From: Neoconidiobolus thromboides FSU 785
Lineage: Eukaryota > Fungi > Entomophthoromycota
Assembly (NCBI GenBank): GCA_025603075.1
Contig: MU626343.1
Coordinates: forward strand, 1-64,000
Reading direction: 5' to 3'
Length of the DNA: 64,000 nt
In this document: positions 53,817 to 64,000 of the stretch, one piece after another
How positions within the stretch are numbered: position 1 is the stretch's first letter
How the letters are laid out: each line of letters opens with the position of its first letter
Translations under genes and position numbers: made by a program
The notes under the pieces: generated by a model
Database searches by the model: none
The model's input: the letters and a program-made list of their open reading frames with translations, nothing else
Told to the model about the DNA's origin: nothing

Positions 53817-54535
53817 TTATTTATATCCTTCCAATAATTCTAGTAACGCATTGACATTCAATCCCTTCTCTCCCACTAATAAAGTACTCACTCCTAACCC
53901 ATTAACATCTTTAATGTTCCTTGGTTCATCATCAAAGAAAGCCATTTCTTGAAACTCATATCCTGTCTCCTTTTTGATTTTATTAAAATGTGGTATTTTG
54001 TTCCCTGGATACATTTGAACGGATTCAAATAGATCCAACATAGCGTAAGGTTGAAGTAAATTTTGAGATAACTCTGAAGGTGGGTTGAGATTAAAAGAAA
54101 CATATAATTTTTTTAATTGTTCTTCAGTTGCTGATATGGTCATTTTTTCTAATATACCTTGAGCCCTATTTAAAGAAAAAAGTTAAATTGATTCTAATTA
54201 AGTAAATAAAAATCAATTTACCATACTGGTTCTGGGGTTCGTGAAGCAATAGCTAAATCTAATTTTAATTCACATTTTAAAAAGATTAATATACTAGCAA
54301 CATACGGATAAAGTTTGACTACAAAACCAGATCTAATGAAATTCAAAAAATAAGTTCTTTTTCAGCAGATTTTATCCTATCATTATTTAAAAATTCTAAT
54401 ATATTACCTATCAACCACTAAACCCTTATTATTAACTTTAAAGGGAGCTCCAGATATATGACAATCTACCCAAAATGGCCAGATTGTATAATCTAAATCG
54501 ACTACAATTAGTTTAGGTAAATTATTAAATTTCAT
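53817..54535 (-). CDS. MDP1: Magnesium-dependent phosphatase 1 (HAD family), multi-exon
   Basis: LPKLIVVDLDYTIWPFWVD (DxDxT), IASRT, MYPGNKIPHF, FFDDEPRN. Confidence 0.9.
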
Positions 54536-54700
54536 TAAATATTTAAATAATAATAGTAATTATAATTATAGTTATAATTATAGTTATAATTTAAGAGAGT
54601 CTAAAATAAACCAATCAAATTTTATCAAATTTTTATTCTTCAATTTTTCTATTTGTTTTATTTATAATATAACACTACTTTATTATTTCTATTTCTCTTA

Positions 54701-57700
54701 TTAAAGCTCCAACCTTCGAAGTTTTGTGGCCACTTTATCGTTCTCATCTACTTTACTAATCTGATTTTCTTTATTTCCTTTATTTTCAATCTCTGGTTCC
54801 AATAACTTAACTACTAAATTCTGTTTCAGTCCACCATCACCACCCCCTCTATTAGTTTGATTAATTTCTAGCTGTACTTTCACCTTTAAAAATAAAAAGA
54901 TCTCAGTTTTATTTTCAAATCTCAATATTTTTTCATTTTCATCAAATTCATAAACAATCAATTTTTCATTCTTTTCAGATTCTTTTTGGTTAATATGAAC
55001 AATGGATTCAATTCCATATTTAGGTATTAATACTACAAACCCATTCTTTAATACTTTAATAACATATCCATCTTCTACTACTGTTTTGCCTTTAAAATAC
55101 AAATGAGTGAATAACTCTACAGACCCACGTGCTGCTTGTTGAGCATTGCGATGGCGGTTATTTAAAGCTATAATAATAATAATTAATAAATTAAATTTCT
55201 ATTAAAAATAAATTAAATTATATTTACTTTTACATTGTTCTTCCATGCCTTGTTTATTTAATAAGGCAGGATCTAATGGATGATCTACATCAATAGATGC
55301 ATGCAATAATCGATGAACAATAACATCTGAAATAAAAATAATTAATTAATTAATTAATTAATTATAAAATAAATAAATAAATAAATTCATTTTAAATTTT
55401 ACCTGAATATCTTCTAATAGGTGAAGTAAAATGAGTATAAATATCAGTAGCTAACCCATAATGTTTAAATTCTTCTTGTGGTACAGAACCAGATGAAAAA
55501 TATTGGGCTTGCATCATACATCTAGTTGTTAATATTCTAACTAATTTATTAAGATAAGGATCTTCTGGAATATTAATAGCATCTAACGAATCTGCTAACT
55601 CTTTAGAACTGGAATATTTTAAACAAACATTTAACCTTTTTAAAGCTTGATTTAAATTTTCAAAATTAACCGGTGGTGGGGTAGGATGAGATCTTAATAA
55701 AGCACATAATGGAAAAGTTGTATATATCTTTTTAGCTACTGAAATATTAGCTAACAACATAAATTCTTCTACTAATGCATTGGTATCATGTAATTCTTTC
55801 ATTTCTACATCAACTGGATCTTGGGATTCATTTTCTAATGAAAATCTTACTTCTGGTGAAGATAAAGTTAATGCCCCAGCTTCTAATCTTTTAGCTTTTA
55901 ATAATTTAGCAAATTTATTTAATTGTCGAATCCCTTGAGTTAATGAATCTTTTTGATTCAAATCATCAATTTGTTTTTGTGCTTCTTCATAGGTAAAAGA
56001 TTTCTTGGATTTTATTACCGATTTCATAAACTTAGTATTAATGATTTCTGCTTTTTCATTCATTTCCCAAACACAAGAAAATGCTAATCTTTCTACATTA
56101 CTTTTTAATGAACATAAATTAGTACCTAATAATCCAGGTAACATATCAATTCTTTGATTAACTAAATAAACAGTAGTACATCTATTAGCAGCTTCTTTAT
56201 CCATTACAGTCCCTGGCTTAACAAAATAAGTAACATCAGCTATATGAACTCCTACTTCATAATTACCATTGGGTAATTTTCTAGCATGTAAAGCATCATC
56301 AATATCAGTACAACCTGGAGGATCAATAGAACAAATATCTAATTCTCTAAAATCCATTCTATTTTTAACATGTTCATCTAGTACTTTCCATGAATCTCCT
56401 TCTTTTGGTAAACAAGATAATACATTAGTTGAAAATTCATAATGAGGTACATCATGTTCTAATAATAATACTTCAGTTTCTGTATCTTTATCACCTGCTT
56501 CACCTAACGATTTAATAAAATGTCCCATAGGATATTTAGATGTTGTATTCCATGAATCAATACTTACAATAATTCGTTGATTTAATAATTGATTAACTTG
56601 TCTTGTTCTTATTTTTATTTTAGGTATTTTATTATCTAATGGTTGAAATAATACAAATTGAGTATTTCCAATAGATACCTCTTTATTATCTATATTATTG
56701 TTAATATTTCCTTTAATACTACTTTTATCAATAAATCCACAATATGGTCGCCAATTTTTTTTAATAATACCTACTATTTTACCACATGGTTGAGCATCTT
56801 TATTATTAATAATTATGTTATTATTATTAATCTTTTCCAATTCCTTTTCATCTTCTTCATTAGTAATTACTATAGATTCTGTAATGCCCCATTCATTTTG
56901 AGGTAATAATTCAACACAAACAATATCTCCATGAATACCTCGATTCAAATATTTTCTACCAATTATTGAGATATTTTTTTCTTCTCCATTAATTTTCCCA
57001 TAAATTGAACCTTCTAAATAATTATGTTGTGATATATTTAAACTACCTTTAAAATATTTTTCATTTTTGATACCAGCATTCATAGCCGTTAATGATATAT
57101 ATTCTTCGTATTTAATCTCTTCTTTATCTTTAAAATTACTTTTTTCGGCAATTAAATCAATTAAATTGGGTCGATCACTTATCTGTTTAGCATAATCATA
57201 AGCTATTTAGTTGAATTGAATTATCATTATTATTATTATTATATTATTATTATTATTTAATATTACCTGAAAAAGTAGATAAACCTTCAGCCACTGCTTT
57301 TCTTCTATTATCAGCATCATCAGATAACATAACTACTTCTAAATCACCAATTTGTTTGACATGATTATTAAACCATTGAGTAGCTACTCGGATAGCTTAT
57401 ATAATTTATATGAATAAATAATTTAAATAATCTAAATAATAACCATTTTCATTTACCTCGATCATTTCTATCATTTGGGCTTTCATTTGGTAAACGTTCA
57501 ATAAAAGTGGATCTAATTTTAAAAAAATATTAATTTAATAAATTAATATAATAGAAATTATATTAATAATTACTTATGATGCTCATTAGAAAATAATAAA
57601 AACTTTTTATCTTTATCATTAAACCAATTTTTAACTCTTAGATAAATTGTACTACTTAAGTTACGTACTTCTTCTGCAACAGTACTTAATATAATGACAT

Positions 57701-58012
57701 TAGATAATTGATCTAAGAAATCCATCTATAAAAAAAGATTAATCTTTCATTAAAAGAATACTATTTTTTTCTTGTTTTTACCTGATTCAATACCACATTA
57801 GTATCTGGTATTAAATAATGAGGTTTTGAAATTATTTTTCCCACAATAGATTTGGTACCAGTTAAATTATTTAATTTAATATCTTGAGTTGATGGACATT
57901 GAGTACAACCTTCAATAGAACAATAGATATCATCTCGAAGATAATGCTCAGTAACTACTTTGACTACTTTTCCTTTCCCAGTTTTTTTATTAAATGTTTT
58001 ATTACGAAGCAT
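54701..58012 (-). CDS. DIS3: Exosome catalytic subunit DIS3/RRP44 (PIN, CSD, RNB, S1), multi-exon
   Basis: [63 protein letters not shown]. Confidence 0.97.
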
Positions 58013-58553
58013 ATTCGAAACTTATTTTGTGCAAAAAGGTATCAAAATGAAAATATAACTTTCATAGTTTATTATTTTACAAATTGAAGCTAAAAATTTA
58101 TTGGTTAAAATTACTTAAGTTTTGCTTATTTTAAAATTTTGGTTCATTTCTAAGGAAAATTATTTAAAAAACCTTGAAGCTTTTAAGTATTCAAAAAAAA
58201 CAAAGTTGGAAGGATATTAAAACAATAATAATAAATTATTACTAAAAACTATTGAAACCACTCTAAGTAGTTCTAACAAATAGACTAATATTTTATTTAA
58301 AATTGAGAAGTTTGAGTTTAAATAAAACATTCAAAATTAAATAATATCTATTTAAAATAAAGAAAATATTTGAGTTACTATTTTTATAGTCAAATAAATA
58401 TTATAAATATTGTAATACAACTAACTTACAAATTATTTAATATTATTTTCTTTAATTTCAATACTTTTATTCATTTTATAATTGTTATAAAATATAAGAA
58501 TATTCTTAATAAACTTTATAAAAATATTTTTAATTAAATTTCATTCTCCTTCT

Positions 58554-59817
58554 CTAATTTTCTTCTGGCTTCCAAACATTTGGTAAATTATTTAAACCTC
58601 TATCATCATCTCCTAATCTAGAAACAGTATCATCCCACTCCAAATTACCCATCAAATATGTCAATGTATGTAATCTAGTTTCCGATATCTTTAAAATTTC
58701 ATCAGTAGCTTCTTCATTTAATTTACCAAATGATGTTAATATCCCCTCTTTGTCAATAATACCAAAATCGTTATCAATTTTTTCCACTAATAATCCTTTT
58801 TCAAATGCCAAGTTCGTAGTTTGTTCAATTGCTTTTGGTAAATCATTGATCATTTTTCTTAAACCAACTGGTAATTGAGAAAAATCAGTTATTTCTAAGC
58901 TATCGTCTTCAGTTACTTCTTCATTAAAAATTTCTGATTTTAATTTTTTTAAATTTAGTAACATTTGGGATTGACTACGCCAATGCCATAATTCCATTTT
59001 AGCTAACGAGTCAGTGATCGTATCATCTTCTTGTGGGTTAAATTTGATTTGATTTAAGAAATTAAGGATTGATTCAGGTTGATTTGGTTGTATCATTGTA
59101 TTTTGAAATAAATTACCTTTGGAAAAGTTGGAATTGATTTCAGGTAATTTATCAATAATACCTAATGTCCATTGTAACATACCTTTGAAATAAATCCATT
59201 AAAGATTCTTCTTCATATATAAAAACATAATACAAAAATAAATACTTACCAAAATCTTCCCATGACCAACTATTTTCATTTAATTCCATATCACTCCATG
59301 TACCTAATGGTTTAATTAAATATTGAAACTCCTAAATTTAAATTTAAATTTATAAATTTTTTCAATTATTTCCATTTTAAAACTTACCTTATTACTAAAC
59401 TTCTCCTTTAACTCACAAGCACTTATTGCATTTTGAATACCTCTATCAGCAGACTCTATTCTATCACCTAAATTAATAAATTTACTATTAATATCTCTCA
59501 GTTCAAATTAAAAATATTAATTCTAACTTACCTGAAGCTCCATTTTTAATCGCTGCTTCAATACCCCATCTTGCCAAAAATAATTGTAAACAAACGGTTC
59601 GATATTTAATATCTGTTAAACTTCTACCTTGTCCAGAATTAAATATATAACTTTGATCAAATCCTGAAGTTAAGTTTGAATTGAATTTACTATCGGAAGC
59701 ATAGTGACGATTAATAATGGAAAGTCGAGTAAAGTGAGGTACTAAGGTTTTGTTTATTAAAGTTGATTTACTTAAAAATGGTTGTCGAAATTGTAATATT
59801 TTCTTCAATACTTGCAT
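58554..59817 (-). CDS. DUF4272-like protein with predicted mitochondrial presequence, 4 exons
   Basis: Spliced SWSWEDFGMLQWTLG and C-terminal ETRLHTLTYLMGNLEWDD resemble DUF4272 motifs; N-terminus is Arg/Lys/Ser-rich, acid-free and ends RHY|AS. Confidence 0.6.
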
Positions 59818-59951
59818 ACTTAATATTGGACTTTTTTAAGGTTTAAAGAGTGCAAAAGTAAAATTATTGGAAAATGAAATTTTTTGATTTTGTAATTAGT
59901 CAAAAATAAACATTAAATTTAAAGCTCAAGGAATTGAAATCGATTTTTTTT

Positions 59952-60058
59952 ATATGGGGATGTATTTTTACGTTTAAGAATTTTATTAACAAATTTTCCA
60001 TTCAAATAGTGCTTAAAAGATGAAAAAAGTGATGAGGCTAAAAAAAATACACCTATAT
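59952..60058 (+). mobile_element. ~98-bp MITE copy
   Basis: Full-length; flanks ATAT/ATAT. Confidence 0.9.
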
Positions 60059-60691
60059 ATTGTTTGTTGATAAGTAATGTTGACAATAAAAATGAAAGTA
60101 AATCATGTGTAGTTAATTAGAATATTTTATGTGGATAAATTTAAAGATCAAAACTCAAATTCAACATTAGTAGTTCGGTTTTCCTTTTTTGCTCATTTTT
60201 GTGCGACATAAACTCCAAAAACGATTATTAGCCAAAGATATAAATAAAAAACACTCTTAATTGATTTAGTTGAGAATTAATCGAAAATACTAGCTTTTTT
60301 TTAGTATTCTACATTTACTTTACAGTTTCTATTAATACCAATATTTTAGTTAAAACTGAGCTGTATTCTTCAATTAAAAGGCTTCGATTTTTTAACTAAA
60401 TACTTGATTATCCCTATTTTTATTGATTCATTAAGTGATATAATAAATAACTACTTATCAATGTAGTAATCATCCAGTTTGATAAATCATGAAAATAAAC
60501 CATAGATTCAACTTGCACAAATTAGTGCACAAAAGCTATATTATTTAAAATAATACACTATATACATTAAACAAAAGACATTAAATTTAAATTTAATAGA
60601 TACATATTTAGAGTATCGTCTTTTTTATATAAAATACATAACTAAATAAATTGGGAGTTCCGAGGACTGTTTTTTACAGACCATGTTTAAC

Positions 60692-60800
60692 ATCTGGGGA
60701 TGTTTTTTTTTTTCGATTTATTACTTTTCTATTTTTTAAGCGTTATTTGAATGGAAAAATTGTTAGTAAAATTCTCAAACATAAAAATACATCCCCATCT
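60692..60800 (-). mobile_element. ~98-bp MITE copy
   Basis: Full-length; direct flank duplication ATCT/ATCT. Confidence 0.92.
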
Positions 60801-61642
60801 CTTTTGCTCAAAAAATCATTAAACCACTCCAAATATCATATTATAATCATTTATAAAATGAAATGAAATGAAAATATCTCTATTAATAAGAATAAACAAA
60901 TTAATAAGCAATAAATATTAATATAAATGTTCCTTGTTAATGAAGCAACAGTCCATGTTAAATACAGTCATTAATATAGGGTACAAGGTATGTCAAAGAC
61001 TATTAAGTTATATAGGATGAAAATTGATGGCATAATATAAGTTATCACTTTTTATAGAATGAATTGTAAATTTTACGCTAACTTTAAAATAATAAGTTTA
61101 AAATAATAAGACTAATAAGAATTCATTAAAAGTATAATATATGACTATATATGCTTACTTTAATCTATTTATACTAATTTAGATAAAAAATAAAAAATTA
61201 TAATATGACATAAATTTGAGATTTCTAATATTGTTAAATAGGTAAAAAGAACCTAAAAATCATTATGATAATATTGTATACCAAATAAAATAAAATTAAT
61301 TTATTATAAACTTTATATTAATATTGATTATATTCTAAAGGGTTGGCATTGATAGCTACCTAGTTGTTTTGAGGAACTAATTGAGAAACTAATATACTTT
61401 ATGAAAGTAATTACCTTTATTTAAATCTTAAAATCAATTACAATTAAGAGAACGGAGAACTACCAATCGTGATTCTTGATAGTATATTAAGGACTGTTGA
61501 ATAAATTAAATAATTAAAAGTCTGTCGATTTGTTTTTGTCAGAATATGGGATATACTAGTTGTGAAATTGTTCCTGTAATAAACCATTTCAATTTTTTAA
61601 ACACAATTTTCCTATTTGAATAATAATAATAATAATAAAACA

Positions 61643-61989
61643 ATGTTTTTACAAGACTATGTTGATGATAAATTAGTAGGTTCAAGTCGCCTTGTAGGCG
61701 CTACTATTATTAATAGTCAAAATGATGACGTTTTGGGAATTTCTAAAGGTTTATATCTTGAACCAGAAAAAAAATTGATCATTATTAAAGGGCTTGATAA
61801 CCTAAATACTTTTTTCCTGGTGATATTATAATTAATAAAAAGAAGTATATGTATGATAAGACAGATGGTGCTATTATTTATAAAACAAATCAGATTATTA
61901 TTGATATTTATAATGGAAAATCTCAACTTGGTGATGCTGTATCCACTATTTCTTAACTTTTGGATTACTTAATGGAAAATAGATATTAA
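61643..61989 (+). pseudogene. Profilin pseudogene C
   Basis: MFLQDYVDDKLVGSSRLVGATII...IIKGLDNLNTF, -1 frameshift in a T run, then FPGDIIINKKKYMYDKTDGAIIYKTNQIIIDIYNGKSQLGDAVSTIS*LLDYLMENRY*. Confidence 0.8.
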
Positions 61990-62175
61990 CTAATCTTATC
62001 TTTAGCTATCTTTGGTTATCCCTTTTTTATTTTTAATAATAAAAGTTTGATGCAACTTAATGATCCTCTTGATTGATTGATTTTAACTAACTATAACTTA
62101 GTTAAAATACAAGAAAATTTGCATGCTCTAATAAAGTTGTTCAATAATATCAAATTAACTTATTAAAATTTTAAT

Positions 62176-62282
62176 ATTTGGGGGTATTTTTTTTAGTTTT
62201 ATCACTTTCTCTGTCTTTTAAGCACTGTTTGAATAGAAATATTGTTAGTAAAATTCTTAAACACAAAAATACATTCCCATGT
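62176..62282 (-). mobile_element. ~98-bp MITE copy
   Basis: Full-length; flanks ATTT/ATGT. Confidence 0.87.
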
Positions 62283-63140
62283 TTTAAAGCTATAATTGAT
62301 TTTTAAAACAAAATTAATTAAATCAATTTCAAATAACTCAATAATAAAAAAGAATCACTTTGAATATGTAAGTCATAAAGGTATTGAATCTTTTAAGTCT
62401 AGTAATACAGTAATTGGTAAGTTATTAAAAGATAAGTCAAATGCTTAAATAAGGTCAATAGGAAGCTACAAAACCTTCTTAAACAACTTTAAGGGAAAAG
62501 GTGCTATTTGGATTAAATTAAATCAACAAGTAATAAGATAAGATAAGATAAGATAAATTCAATAAATTTCAATAAAAAGAAATCTAAACAAAGATACATA
62601 ATCATTTATATAGTTTTCATTAATTTAAAATGCATTAATTAATACTGTTTTATATTCATATCTAATATCTATGTCATTAAACTTAGTAATAACTATAATA
62701 TTGATCTTGTTAACATCAGTTTTTAAAATGCATTCAACTTTTATTGAACCTTGAATAATATTAACTTTTTTAAAATTGATTCTAAAATTTGACTGGATTT
62801 ACATAATAAATTAATTAAACTTTTGTAAATTAAAATATAAAACAAAATAGTTGACTTTAACACAATTGTTTTATTGAAGTAATTTAATTACTATAATATG
62901 ATTTATCAATTATGTTTATTATAAATGAGTTATAATATGAATTCATATCCTTATCATCCTATTATATTATTGATTCATATTCTTATCAATTAAAAGTTAA
63001 AAATATTAAAGTAAAAAATAAAGAATAGATTAAAAAACAACATAAAAATCAATTTATCCAAAAAACATTTACTTTCAACGTCAAATTAAATTAAAAGTCA
63101 CAAAAATACTTATTATATTAACTCTTATTATATTTTTAAT

Positions 63141-64000
63141 CTATTTTTCATTTTCATTTTCATTAGTGCCTGCTTTTTCTATAATTAGTAAATCTTGTGC
63201 TTCCAATTGTCCATTAATTACTTCATTATTAAATTCCAATTCATTAAACTTTAAATTTTCATTATAATTCAATTCTTCATTTAAAGTGACTTCACTTTCA
63301 TTAGGTTCTAAATCTAATTCAAATTGAATAACATCATTTTCAATAGTTCTAAATTCATTCTAAATAATTAATAATTAATAATTATAATTAATAATAAAGA
63401 TCTTACCTTCTCTTCTTTACTTATTAATTCTTGGAAGATTTTATCTGATAATAAATTAATGTCATCACTAGCAAAAGAACGCATCAATCCTCCTCCACCA
63501 ATAATTTCATTTTTATATCCATTATGATTATTTAACCAAGCTAAATCATCTTCATCTGATTCACTTTCTCTTTCGTCATAGTATTGTTTCTATTAAAATT
63601 AATAATAGTAAATATTTGAAATATATTAAATTAAAATAAATTACGATTCAAATTAAATTGAATTAAAATTAAACTTACATTTAAATCTTCATCATCAAAA
63701 CTAGATCTATCAATATCAATATATTCTGATGAATAATCTAAATTAGTATGTTGATTGATAATATAATCATCATCATCTTCATCATTTTCATCATCATCAT
63801 CATCATCATTATGATTAATATTATTACTTAAATCTAAAACATTTTCATTTTCATTTTCATTTTCATTTTCATTTTCATTCTCTTCATCATTCTCTTCATC
63901 ATAATCATAATCATAATCATTCATTGTATAATGATAATTATTTTGATTAATTAATTGAATTAATTTATTATTATTAAACATAGAATTATTATTATTATTA
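63141..64000 (-). CDS. 3' exons of an acidic, low-complexity protein of unknown function (probably starts beyond the window)
   Basis: Frame is open to the window edge; (EN)n and poly-D tracts; GT-AG introns near 63594-63679 and 63358-63408; stop at 63141. Confidence 0.55.

Noticed and set aside
44830-61989. TAA/TAG-to-Gln code reassignment explaining stops in the profilin relics
   Set aside because: Intact genes here end in TAA or TAG, and the relics also have frameshifts.
62340-62520. Possible fourth profilin relic (SHKGIESFKSSNTVIG...)
   Set aside because: Similarity is too weak; the LxDYL motif is absent.

Overview
Very AT-rich eukaryotic genomic DNA with short (about 45-100 nt) GT-AG introns and two Zn(II)2Cys6 factors, so fungal; gene content and trypsin paralogues suggest an early-diverging fungus such as a Conidiobolus-like entomophthoralean (inference). 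Gene-dense blocks hold eIF2A, proteasome beta1, a JSN1/PUF2-type RRM+Pumilio protein, an HTD2-like dehydratase, PEX11, a Sir2/HST2 deacetylase, an inositol 5-phosphatase, a signal-peptide-bearing DJ-1/PfpI protein, PDA1, two tandem trypsins, a BSD2-like protein, a PRCC-like protein, MDP-1, DIS3 and a DUF4272-like protein. They alternate with repeat-rich intergenic blocks. The main unexplained structure is a ~98-bp miniature inverted-repeat element present in about 29 copies, none in an intact gene or intron. It has GRG...CYC-like ends and a 4-bp AT-rich target duplication shown by three non-palindromic examples, and a Sola-like transposase fragment at the window edge is a candidate mobiliser. 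The element has stacked on itself, formed a hairpin with a 46-bp perfect stem, been split by a micro-inversion and inserted into a profilin relic. Also present: three decayed, apparently intronless profilin genes, three LTRs of one family, a TTAA-flanked piggyBac-like miniature element, and recurrent CCAAT-box motifs upstream of most genes. All coordinates and alignments were read by hand and no database searches were run. For the miniature element, strand + means the GGGGATGT end is on the left, and coordinates include the 4-bp flanks.
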